Assembly (NCBI GenBank): GCA_017995075.1
Contig: JAGOJO010000006.1
Location: forward strand, 939 to 64,938
Reading direction: 5' to 3'
DNA from: Bacteroidia bacterium
GTDB taxonomy: Bacteria; Bacteroidota; Bacteroidia; AKYH767-A; OLB10
Length of the DNA: 64,000 nucleotides
The translations under genes and the position numbers were made by a program. Below are positions 1 through 10,800 of the stretch, one piece after another; within the stretch, counting starts at the first letter, position 1, and each line of letters begins with the position of its first letter. The notes under the pieces were generated by a model. It saw only the letters and a list, made by a program, of their open reading frames with translations, had not been told where the DNA came from and made no database searches.

Positions 1-990
1 GACAATACAGTGTTTTATAAATATCAGATCATCAACAGGAGTTCCACGACGTACGAACAGTTTCAGGCGGGTTTTTGGGTAGATCCTGACTTAGGAAATG
101 CAGCTGATGACTATGTTGGCTGCGACGTAGGAAGGTCGATTGGTTATGCTTATAATGGAGATGCGGATGATGACGGCGGCTATGGCTTGTACCCTCCTGC
201 AATTGGACTAGATTATCTTCAAGGTCCAATTGCTGATATATTTGATGCAACCGATAATGACCGAGATGGATTTGTTGACGAAAATGGAGAACAATGCTTA
301 ATGAATAGTTTTCTCTACTATGAAAACATCAATGGAGTTTCCTATGGTAACCCTGGAGTACTTCACGACTATTACAGCTATCTGCAAGGAAAATGGAAAA
401 ATAATATTCCGGTAACATATGGAGGAAACGGAAGAGGTGCTGGCCCCGGATCAACGTCCACGGCCACTACATTTATGTTTCCTGATAATACAGATCCAAA
501 CTTTACAACTCCTTGGACAATGAACTCAGGCGGTCTACAGCCAAACGATATGCGATTTGTAATGTCAGCGGGTCAATTCACTATGTCCCCGGGAGAAGTA
601 AATTACATCAGTTTCGCATCAATCTGGGCGAGAAGCAATGTACCCTCTGCCTTGCCTTCAATAGATGCGCTACAAACTTCTTCTGATATTGTTCAGGATT
701 TCTTCGATAATTGTTTTACAACAACCGGAATTCCAGAAGCAAATCTCTTGAATCTATTGCAAGTAGGACCAAATCCATTCACCAACACTACCACGCTAAA
801 TCCAAGAGCTCTTAAGGGAGGAAACTATATTTTAAGTGTTTATAATACCAAGGGACAATTAGTAGAAACGATAAAATTAAATGACCGTTCACCCGTCATT
901 ACAATAGGAAGCAGTTGGTCCAAAGGAGTATATTTCTTAATCCTCCAGGGTGCCAGTGCAAAACAGACTGCCAAAGTGGTAAAAATGTAA
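1..990 (+). CDS. T9SS C-terminal-domain secreted protein (5' end outside window)
   Basis: The frame is open from the window edge; the track ORF 10..990 starts at an internal GTG. The last ~80 aa ('GPNPFTNTTTL...GVYFLILQG...KVVKM') fit the type A T9SS sorting-domain pattern. Confidence 0.8.
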   Translation, partial: DNTVFYKYQIINRSSTTYEQFQAGFWVDPDLGNAADDYVGCDVGRSIGYAYNGDADDDGGYGLYPPAIGLDYLQGPIADIFDATDNDRDGFVDENGEQCLMNSFLYYENINGVSYGNPGVLHDYYSYLQGKWKNNIPVTYGGNGRGAGPGSTSTATTFMFPDNTDPNFTTPWTMNSGGLQPNDMRFVMSAGQFTMSPGEVNYISFASIWARSNVPSALPSIDALQTSSDIVQDFFDNCFTTTGIPEANLLNLLQVGPNPFTNTTTLNPRALKGGNYILSVYNTKGQLVETIKLNDRSPVITIGSSWSKGVYFLILQGASAKQTAKVVKM

Positions 991-1069
991 TTCTTTGTTA
1001 CATTCACCCACCTTATGATTGGATGATGTAGTTTTGCATGCTGTTCCTGCAAATTAGTAACAGCATCCG

Positions 1070-1858
1070 ATGAAACCAGAACTGCGCTCAATCCTAACGA
1101 GTTTCCTGCCGGGAATTTTATTTGCCATCGTACTGGGTGCAGTGCGATTTTATGAGATATCGACGAATCAGCACTTGCTGGAGTTTGGGTTATTTCCACG
1201 ATCGACTGAGGATTTAACCGGTATTCTTACCTTTCCTTTTATTCACCGCGACAACGAGCATCTTTTCTCCAACATCATTCCATTGTTTATTCTTTCGGCG
1301 ATGCTGTTTTATTTCTACCGTGAATTTGCATGGAGAGTTATTTTCTTCACCTGGATATTAAGCGGATTCTGGTTATGGCTGGGAGGAAGACCGTCGGCAC
1401 ATATCGGCGCCAGCGGAATGGTGTATGCAATTTCCTCGTTTTTGTTTTTTAGCGGTGCATGGAGAAAGGAGCGACGCATGATGGCTGTAAGTCTGATCAT
1501 CGTTTTTCTATATGGCGGAATGGTGTGGGGCATTTTCCCTCTATTCAAAGACATGAGCTGGGAAGGTCATTTGTTCGGTGGACTGGCGGGCTTACTAATG
1601 TCGTGGATTTATCGTAAGAAAGGCCCTCAGCGTGTGAAGTACGAATGGGAGGAAGATGGATACGACGAAGCACATCCGATACCCGAAGAAGCCTTTTCTG
1701 CAGAGGCAGCTGAAATTCCATCGCCCGAGTCAACGCCGCAGCCTATTAACCCGATTCTTGGGTCAATTCCGCAGATACCAGCTGTCCGGTACGAATACAT
1801 TGATAAAAACGAGCACGAGGAAAATCCGGAACAAAAAAATCCGGATTCTGATAAATAG
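1070..1858 (+). CDS. rhomboid family intramembrane serine protease
   Basis: 262 aa, polytopic. The catalytic Ser sits in 'HIGASGMVYA' (GxSG) and the His in 'EGHLFGGLAGLL'. The C-terminal tail is acidic and Pro-rich. Confidence 0.85.
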   Translation: MKPELRSILTSFLPGILFAIVLGAVRFYEISTNQHLLEFGLFPRSTEDLTGILTFPFIHRDNEHLFSNIIPLFILSAMLFYFYREFAWRVIFFTWILSGFWLWLGGRPSAHIGASGMVYAISSFLFFSGAWRKERRMMAVSLIIVFLYGGMVWGIFPLFKDMSWEGHLFGGLAGLLMSWIYRKKGPQRVKYEWEEDGYDEAHPIPEEAFSAEAAEIPSPESTPQPINPILGSIPQIPAVRYEYIDKNEHEENPEQKNPDSDK

Positions 1859-1893
1859 AAAGCGGCTGTGATTTCTGCCAAATGGATATTCAT

Positions 1894-1901
1894 TATTTTT
1901 G
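1894..1901 (+). promoter_or_regulatory. Bacteroidetes -7 box TATTTTTG upstream of mce
   Basis: Exact TAnnTTTG match. Only 3 nt separate the final G from the ATG at 1905. Confidence 0.45.
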
Positions 1902-1904
1902 AGC

Positions 1905-2306
1905 ATGGAAAAAATCGAACATATCGGCATTGCTGTAAAATCACTCGAAGCATCGAACGAACTTTTTGCGAAACTTTTTGGTGTTGCGCATTATAAAACT
2001 GAAGGCGTAGCTTCCGAGGGAGTCATGACTTCCTTTTTCCAGGTGGGTCCCAACAAGATTGAACTACTGGAAGCGACGAATCCTGACAGTCCGATCGCGA
2101 AATTTATTGAGAAAAAAGGAGAAGGAATTCATCATATTGCTTTCGATGTAACCGATATACATGCAGAGATGAAACGTCTCTCGGAAGAAGGGTTTACGCT
2201 TCTAAATACCGAACCAAAAAAAGGGGCCGATAATAAACTGATTTGCTTTTTACATCCTAAAGGAACAAATGGAGTGCTGATTGAGTTGTGTCAGGAGATA
2301 AAATAA
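1905..2306 (+). CDS. mce: methylmalonyl-CoA epimerase (VOC/glyoxalase fold)
   Basis: ~133 aa with 'IEHIGIAVKSLE' and 'GIHHIAFDV' metal-ligand motifs typical of the epimerase. The ATG at 1905 is preferred to the TTG at 1899, which lies inside the -7 box. Confidence 0.8.
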   Translation: MEKIEHIGIAVKSLEASNELFAKLFGVAHYKTEGVASEGVMTSFFQVGPNKIELLEATNPDSPIAKFIEKKGEGIHHIAFDVTDIHAEMKRLSEEGFTLLNTEPKKGADNKLICFLHPKGTNGVLIELCQEIK

Positions 2307-2356
2307 CGAAAACATTCGTCGATACAATTCAGACAATAGTCATTGACTTTCGTTAA

Positions 2357-2992
2357 TCACAACAACCCGGCGAATTTTTCTTCGATCGACTCTCCATTCT
2401 CTACACGTAACCAATCAGCAGTTAGACCAACAGCTCTGGCGCCTTCCACATGCTGAATGCTATCGTCGATGAAGAGGGTTTTGGAACGGTCGAGATTGTT
2501 TTCAGAAAGTACATACTCAAATATTTCCGCATCCGGTTTCCGCATTCCCATTTTGCAGGAATAATAATGCTGTTCAAAGATGGATTCAAATACGCCTTTA
2601 CCGAACACTCTATCATTGATGGCTGTAAACTCCGTCACGTGAATACTGTTTGTGTTACTGAGAAGAAATATCCGAGACTTCTTTGCTACTTCCCGAAGAA
2701 AATCTACTCTATGTTGCGGAATATCCAACAACATGGCGTTCCAGGCGGCATCAATGGCCTCATCAGATACTCCTTCCGGAAGATGCTGCTTCAATGTAGC
2801 GCGGAATGCATCATTAGTCATCAGCCCCTTCTCAAAATCATCGAACAGGCTTGTTTGTTTGGCTTTAGAATAAATTTCATTGAAGTTGGTTAATCCAAGA
2901 TCAATAAAAGCCTGTGCTGTTCGGTTATATTCAAGATTGATAATAACACCCCCGAGATCGAAGATGATGGCGTTGAAGGCAGAGAGTTGCAT
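2357..2992 (-). CDS. HAD-IA family hydrolase
   Basis: HAD motif I 'IIFDLGGVI', motif II 'LLSNTN', motif IV 'LFIDDS'. The ATG at 2992 (codon 4 of the track ORF) is preferred over the TTG at 3001. Confidence 0.85.
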   Translation of the reverse strand: MQLSAFNAIIFDLGGVIINLEYNRTAQAFIDLGLTNFNEIYSKAKQTSLFDDFEKGLMTNDAFRATLKQHLPEGVSDEAIDAAWNAMLLDIPQHRVDFLREVAKKSRIFLLSNTNSIHVTEFTAINDRVFGKGVFESIFEQHYYSCKMGMRKPDAEIFEYVLSENNLDRSKTLFIDDSIQHVEGARAVGLTADWLRVENGESIEEKFAGLL

Positions 2993-2998
2993 AGAAGG

Positions 2999-3006
2999 CA
3001 AAATTA
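2999..3006 (-). promoter_or_regulatory. -7 box TAATTTTG upstream of the HAD hydrolase
   Basis: Exact TAnnTTTG on the minus strand, 6 nt before the ATG at 2992. Confidence 0.4.
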
Positions 3007-3124
3007 CAACAAGTAAACGAATCGTACTATTCTTCTACTTCCTCTTTTGATTGAATATAAGTGAACCTATGATCAGAGCCCATGCATTGACCAAACTGCA
3101 AACGAATCGATGTTATACTGATTT

Positions 3125-4678
3125 CTATTGTGCCTTAACAAAACGCTTATTCAGAATTAACTCACCGGAATCATTACGAATGATCAACAGGTATAGTCCA
3201 TCAGAAAGCGATTGGAGCTGAACATCCATCAATTCACCAGACATACGGTTCGATTTTGAAACCAGAGCTCCATTGCGGTCGTAGATTTCAATTTGAACAC
3301 GCTGTGTTTCCAGCCCTTGAATAGTTAACTGTTGACCTGCTGGTGAAGGATAAATGACAACCTCCGGTCCAGAAGTTTCCGCACCTAGTCCGACATTCAG
3401 GCAAAGCACTTGTTGACTCACTGTATCCTGATACAATGTTGCCGTAGCATTAACACCGGTAACTGTTCCGGAGTAAACCGGATGTATACTCGACAAATTA
3501 GTCGAAGCAAATGCAGAGGTAAGCGACAAGCCTGTTACACTGCAGTTGCTGATATCACCTGTAGAATCCACTTTCACCAATAACATCTTCTGCGCGTTAA
3601 AGGGTCCGGAATGACCACACATAATATACCCACCATCGGATGTGGCTGCGATAGAATTAAACTTTGCACTGGGAGCTCCGGCAGGTAAATATGATTTCGC
3701 CCAGTTGAGGGCTCCGGTGGAAGAGGTCTTGATCAGAACCGGAGTTTGATTACCTGACGACATACTTTCTGTACGTCCGACAATGAGTAAGTCACCGTTT
3801 GCATTTTCGATAAATTCCGAAGGCTGCAAACTCAACCCGCCTATACTGTATTTACGCGTCTGCAATGTATTTGTACAAGTTGAATCTACAATTAACAGCG
3901 AAGTACTTTCACCGGTTGGCGCGCCATAATTATCGAGTGAGAGACATGCATAATTTCCATTGCTAAGGCGTTGTACATCGACCGAATAAATTCCCAATCC
4001 GCTTCCGAAACTTTTCACTACAGCTCCGGTAGTATCAAGAATAGTAAATGCATTCGTCAGGTGTCCCATAGCCACTTCACCATTGCCAAAATAACGGCCG
4101 CGGTAATCGGGACTCGCAAACTGATTTGTTCCCAGATAAGACTGCTGGATAATATTTCCGCTTTGATCGAGTATTACCAATGAAGGTTTCACACTTCCAC
4201 CCAAACCGATAGAACCGGTAAAGCCATAATGTCCGGGTGATATTTCAAATGCGCGATTTGCATTGTCATTGATCCCCGACACACCAAATTGTTTATAAAA
4301 CTCAATGTTAAAGGATGCATCCAGTTTCATTGCCAATGCTGTATAGTCGGACGGAGATGCGCCAAATGCACCTGCCAGAAAATATCCCCCATCACTGGTC
4401 TGTACAATAGAACGAAATATTTCTGTTGTAGCACTTGTTGTGATTGTCCATGCCTGCAGGATTGATCCACTGGATGAAATCTCCGCCACAAACGGATCAA
4501 GAGTCGAACCACCCGGATAAACAGAACCGCATACAACATAATTGCCAGCAGAGTTCTGAATTACGCAGAGGGCTTCATCGCCATTAAAAATATTGAAGGT
4601 TGTACTAAACGTATTGATTTGTGCTTGCAGGAACGTGCAGCAAAATATCATCATGAGAGCGAGTACAGATTTTTTCAT
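3125..4678 (-). CDS. secreted beta-propeller-like repeat protein with T9SS CTD
   Basis: Signal peptide 'MKKSVLALMMIFCCTFLQAQ'. Recurring 'TSDGGY..(A/C)G' units. CTD 'VIYPSPAGQQL...GLYLLIIRN...FVKAQ'. Confidence 0.85.
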   Translation of the reverse strand: MKKSVLALMMIFCCTFLQAQINTFSTTFNIFNGDEALCVIQNSAGNYVVCGSVYPGGSTLDPFVAEISSSGSILQAWTITTSATTEIFRSIVQTSDGGYFLAGAFGASPSDYTALAMKLDASFNIEFYKQFGVSGINDNANRAFEISPGHYGFTGSIGLGGSVKPSLVILDQSGNIIQQSYLGTNQFASPDYRGRYFGNGEVAMGHLTNAFTILDTTGAVVKSFGSGLGIYSVDVQRLSNGNYACLSLDNYGAPTGESTSLLIVDSTCTNTLQTRKYSIGGLSLQPSEFIENANGDLLIVGRTESMSSGNQTPVLIKTSSTGALNWAKSYLPAGAPSAKFNSIAATSDGGYIMCGHSGPFNAQKMLLVKVDSTGDISNCSVTGLSLTSAFASTNLSSIHPVYSGTVTGVNATATLYQDTVSQQVLCLNVGLGAETSGPEVVIYPSPAGQQLTIQGLETQRVQIEIYDRNGALVSKSNRMSGELMDVQLQSLSDGLYLLIIRNDSGELILNKRFVKAQ

Positions 4679-4705
4679 ATAGTTGAATTATTTCACGAAT
4701 TTATA

Positions 4706-4713
4706 CAAACTTA
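4706..4713 (-). promoter_or_regulatory. -7 box TAAGTTTG upstream of 3125..4678
   Basis: Exact TAnnTTTG on the minus strand, 27 nt before the ATG at 4678. Confidence 0.4.
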
Positions 4714-4820
4714 TTTACCAAACAGCATCCATCCAGAATACTGCCAGTTTTTGCCTGCATTTCAATGAAATTCTACACAAGAACTCTCATCCACCACTAT
4801 CTTTAGGGGTGCAACTAAAA

Positions 4821-7800
4821 TCATCGACGGATCAATTTTATCGTCATAGCTTCGCCGGCGGCACGCAACGAAATGAAATACAATCCTTCTTTCAGATCAC
4901 TGCAATCAAACTGGTGTTGCTGAGATCCATTTTGTAACAAAACAGGATTCATCTTTTTCACCAATCGTCCGGTTAAATCCAGTACGTCTATCTGTGCGAC
5001 TTCACCAGGATTCCCCTTCCAGTTAAACAACAACTGCACGTTCCCACCTGAAGGATTCGGATATAGCTTTAGTCCATCGAAGGATGCAATTTCCTGAGTT
5101 GAAGTATTTGTTACCTGAATAATTCCGTCGACCGGAGAAAGTGGAATCGGAGTTACTTCCGGATCGAACGCTCTATAATCACTCAGACTAATTGTTACTG
5201 TTGGATTACCTGTGTAGGCAGCGTTCACTACAAACTGAACATCGGCCATCTCACCATAAGCTGATGCAGCATCTCCATCGAGACGCACCAGACTCACCGC
5301 AGCAACACCTGTTACTTCATCAGCACGACGATACATGATACAATTACTATCCGGACACAACCAGTTATTCGCCGATGAAACAGCAAACGATCCGGGTACG
5401 ATTAGTCCGGGAGGAACTGCCACCTGGAAACCAATAGCAGATAACAAATCAACTGGCAATGTTCCGTCACCTGCCATCACTTTCAGATGCACAGTATCAC
5501 CTGCAGCGAAGACCGTACCAACAGGCACCACAGCTAAATCAGGTCCAACCGTTAAACGCAAAGGATCCGGAGACGCAGCAGCATGTGACAAGCCGTAGTT
5601 CTGAATCACCGCCAGTGTATCATCTGCGTCAATCCAGCCATCACCGTTTGCATCTACATGATTCAGGTTGATGCCGCCAGCCTGAGACGAATTCCACAAC
5701 AGAGAAGGATAAGCAGTCCAACTGTACGCATCTTCCTCCGGACGTGAAGTTCCGAACCTGTTAAAGTACATCCCAATCGGAAGTATATCGAAATTATCGA
5801 CGTTCTTGGAACTATCACAATCTCCCGGCCATACATCAATTATTGCAGGATTTAATTGATACTCATCTGCACCAATTGTCGGGGTAGATAACGAGCGCGC
5901 ATCACCATCAATATCTGTTATAATACCCGGCCATGGAACACCAGGCATAGAAACAGCACTTCGTAAATGCATATCCGTTAGTGTCGTGAATTCAGCAGTT
6001 ACTGAATCAGACGCAGCATCAAATCCGGTCAATGTACGCCATGCAGCCAGATTATAATCATTACCGTTATAGGTAAAATTAATCGGAGCACCGAAAGATT
6101 GGTATCGGTTATTATTGAACGATCCAAAACCATTAAAAGATGACATATCAATAGCAAAATCCGAATTACTACGAATGAGATTATTGACGAAATTGACGTT
6201 TTGGATGCCACCAAACTCCAAGCCATGACCGAAGGAATTATGAATAATATTTGCATTCGTAGCCGTTATGCGTACTCCTGCAAATGGCAACCACAACGGA
6301 GCAGACCCAAAACTATTGTTGGCGACAAGACATGGATTTGCAGGGGGACAATCACAACTGAGATCCAACGTCCTATCCGCCCAATTTTCAGAGCCTACCT
6401 GATTGTTGGTAATCTGAAGTGTATCACATTCCAGACATATAATACTTGCATAATAAGAAGATCCGGTTGAATTGATTTTATTATTGTGAATAATAACATC
6501 ATCCAGATTATAAAGCTGCAACCCACTTGATTGGTGCATCACATTGTTTGTAATCCGTATGCCTACTGAAGCAGCCACACTGGTCCCCATAAGCAAGGCT
6601 GTTTCACCACCTTCAAAATAATTGCCATCGAATATTCCATCCTCAGATATCAGACCCCCATGAATAATAGTAGCATTGCTTGAAATAACACCATCCTTCG
6701 GAGCTCCATACAAACGGTTATTCAACACCCGTATATGATCAGTAGTATTCAATACAATAACAGCCTGTGCAGGACCATCCGCTTGCATGGCGTCATACGT
6801 CCTAGGAGAGGTATTTCTAAGAGTAAGATTGGAAACGCTGCAATAATGAGTACGATTGAAATAAAATGGATTCCGGTAATAGGAATAATCTGTCTTCATA
6901 AACAACTCTACATCCTCCGGATTTCCGGAAGCAGAAGTCCACACGATCGAATCTGTTGCACTGGCAAATGGAATTGAATCCACCACCACCTGATCATAAT
7001 AAATACCGGATTCAATTGCAATCTTTACGGGACCTGATACTCCACAATTTTTTAACGTCAGTGCAGAAGCCTGAATTCGATCAAAATAACAGGTGTCACA
7101 GCCAGCTGAATACACGCCGGCCAATGGAGAAGAGCAGATAATCTGACTTGTTATAATCGTATCATTTTGCGGATAGTCATCAACGTTACCATTCACACTG
7201 CTGATCCAAACACGGATTCTGTTATACGAACGGTTAAAATTATATCCGGCAACTGCAAAAACAACCGAGTCTCCCCGCTGAAGATTCCCATTGAACGACA
7301 ATGTCTGCACCGGATCGTTGTTGATGCGATATTGAACCTGAAGATTTGTAATTGTCACTATGGACTTACTCTTCACTTTAATATTCATATCCCGCGCAGC
7401 TGGTCCGGAAGTAGTATTATCATTCAACGTAACTGAGTCAAGTGCTGCATCCAATAAATTCGGATCATATCCCGCGTAACAATTGGACCCACAGCTTCCG
7501 CTCGTACTATGCACAGTATGATACATTCTGAACTGAACCGGATTGCCGGTGAAATGATAGGTATTCAAATTACCACAGGCATCCTGCAATGTGCCCATCG
7601 AAGAGTAGTTGCTGATTCTCGCTCCCGATACCAGAGCGCCGGTAGCATCGAAACGCAACAGGAATGAACCAACAGAAGGAGTTGGTGATAGATTGTAAGG
7701 ATTATTCAATGCATCTACCATTAAAAACTTAGTAGTCATGTATGCAGTTACCGAAACAGTTCCGTCATTGTTCACGCTGATGGCTTTAAAGCTCATCGAA

Positions 7801-10800
7801 TCAGCATAGATCATCCAATCGAGTGTACCTGTCGGACTAAACGAAGCGGCAATCTGGTACTCATAATTCTGCGTGGGAAAATTAAATGTACCGGCACTGG
7901 TCACCAATTTGTTCTTCGCACGACCTACGAGTACGTAATGTCCACTGGAAGTTTCTTTGAAATCGGTGATAAACTCCGGATTACCTGTCATGAGATTGAC
8001 AGCATCTGTAAAACCAGTATTCAGATTATAACGGGAGATGAATAAACTTTTCTCATTAACGACTCCAGATGGCAAAGTATTCGCCATTACAGTTGAATTA
8101 AAATACACCGGCTGACCGATTGATGTCGCATCCAGCATTCCGGCAATGAGTATATCTCCATTCACCGCTTTACGTGCCATGAGGTTCTGCCGCAATGTAT
8201 CGTAATCAAAAAATTGATTCACCAGCGGATACTTCACACGGAACTTCGCAGGATTTGTCACACCACCATTTCCGGCACTGCCAAATGCATCAAAACTGAG
8301 TACGTGTCCGGCAGGATTAATCTCCATGATAAACGCTTCTCCTTTATTGTTCAGTGAAGGCGTATAATTGAACCCACCATTGGTAGTTTGGAACTGACAA
8401 CCATTCCAGGCATTCACTCCAATTGCAAACACGCGGCCATCTACTGTGACCATATCGCTGAAGTCGGCGAGTGGACTTTCTATCGCCCACTGGAAGGTTC
8501 CTTTATCGTTGAACTGCACAATCGCATTCCGGTTACGAATAAATTTCCCTTGAATATCGAAGCGGTTCGCGGCTACATAATGGGTAGCGAAGTATGTATT
8601 GGTTAATCGATCAGTCGTCAATCCATTGATCAAGCCTTGAGCACCTGGAGAATTTCCGAGCGAGTTAAACGTTGTGAAGAAGACTCTGTTTCCGGCAGAA
8701 TCTATCCGGTAAATATTCGGAGTGAATGCAAAATTTGAGGAAGAGACATTGTACCCGGCAACATGCAGATTATTAAAATCATCCAAATGCATTTCAGTGA
8801 TGAGATTGGTCAAACCACTCTGCGCAAGACGTTGCAGGCATGTATCCATCGTCGCTACAGGTAAGTTTCCATACACATAAACAGGCCGGCGAATTTCCTT
8901 TGTACAGGTATTATTCAGTTTAGCAGTTAATATAACGGTATCTATACCCGCAACTGAGAACGAAGGAGCCACAGGAGTTTGTCCGGTAGAAGTTGCAGGA
9001 GATGCATTAGCACCGAAATCCCATAACCAGGTATTGTAGCCGGAAGACGTAGACGACATAGCAATCGGCTGCCCTACTGCGCCTTGCAGAGTACCGGGTG
9101 TCAAATTCAGGCTCGCAGGAATCAATGTCAGCGGGAAGGAGCCGGCCAATGCCTTCACACAATTCAATGCTTTAAATCTGGCATACACCGTAATGGTCAC
9201 ACTCGAAGTTATCGGCCCAACCGGAATACCAATTGCTCCACCGGTACCATCTACTTTCACAAACTGAGCATTCGAGCAATAATAATCCCAACCCGGTTCC
9301 GAGTTAAAGATGATCATATACGTAGTATCTCCTGTACAGATGGTATCACGGTAAAGGATAGCCGCAACATTCGTCGAAGGAGTAGCGATCCAAAGAGAGT
9401 CGATCACCTCTACGGTATCGGATCCACAAACGTTGTTATACACAGCTCTGATGCGATATGGTTTCACCACCGATTGATTCGTAGCAGTTGTCAGTGTAAC
9501 TGTATTGCCGTTACCACCCATTGAAGCTACCTGCACAGCACCATCAAAAAGTGTGTAGTTCACGAATGGCTGACTGTTAGGAATAGTAAAATGCCCTTGA
9601 CCATTCTGACAAATAGTATCATTGATTACAGCAAACGGATTCACTACAGGTTGCGGAGTGATACTAAAAGTATTGGAAGAAGTGTCTGTATATCCGTTAT
9701 TGGATGCAACCAGCATAATAATAGCACTTCCTGGAGGCGTTAAGGTTATCGAAGGAGAATGCTGTGTACTCACCAGGGTTCCATTCAGAAACCATTGATA
9801 TGACCATGCAGGATCTCCCAGATTTAAAGGTTGAGCGACACTGTCTTCACAATTATTGGTAAGCGGCAAACTAAAGTAAGAAATCGGCATCGGTAATCCA
9901 CCACCGTTAGAGGTAACTGCTACATAACCGCTATCGCCTGCCACCATCCCATTGTTGGCATCATAGAAATAGATATCATTCACCCATTTGATGTTAGGCA
10001 TATCAAACTTTTCCCAGTAAACACCTCCTGTCACAGAACGATAAACTCCATCATAAGCACCTACATAAACAGTATCCGGACTAAAAGCAAAAATGGTACG
10101 AATTGTATATGCAGGAATATTTAAGGCTGTCCAGGTGAGACCACCATCAACTGATTTCCTCAGGTTACCGGAACCACCTGCATAACCCGTATTCGTGCCG
10201 CGTGCAAAAGAAACATTATCGATATTACTTTGCAATGAAACTACAGAAGTCCAGTTGGCCCCATTATTCGTAGAGCGATAAATATTCGAACCCGAAACAG
10301 AAACGAAAGTAGATCCATTCACCCAGGAAACATCTTCCAGCGTATTCGTTGTGCCGGAGGTAGCGGCTGTCCAGGTACTGCCATTATTCGAAGACCGGTA
10401 CACTCTTCCAGCACCACCCACGGCCACACCATTCCCTGCTCCATCGAAATCCATAGCAGAGATAGAACGAGGGAGCGCACCTGTACCGGCATAGAAATTA
10501 TGCGACCAGCTAGCTGCATTATTCGACGTACCGAAAATTATCAGATCATTACCCAGATTAAAAAATCCCGCTGCAACTGCTGACGAAGGACCTGTCACAT
10601 GAATATCATCAAAACTCCCGATGATCTGCGAATTTCCCAATGTTGAATTAAGGCCATTCACGAAATTGAACGTTGCCCCGCTATTCGAAGAACGAAAGAC
10701 CCCGTTCCAGGAACCGGCCCATACATCACCGGAGGAATTGTAGCGGACACAATAGATATCATTATTGGTTCCGGTAGTTAACTGCGTCCATTGAGCAAAG

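Noticed and set aside
840-1199. 119-aa minus-strand ORF spanning the first intergenic region
   Set aside because: It overlaps the CTD of the first gene and the start of the rhomboid gene on the opposite strand, and has no supporting signals.
2450-2893. 147-aa plus-strand ORF
   Set aside because: It is antisense to the HAD hydrolase, which shows all the HAD motifs.
5335-9524. Multiple plus-strand ORFs (e.g. 5335..5598, 6201..6470, 9084..9524) inside the giant gene
   Set aside because: They are antisense to a continuous 2012-aa ORF with clear domain content. Their low-complexity, Arg/Ser/His-rich products are typical of shadow frames.
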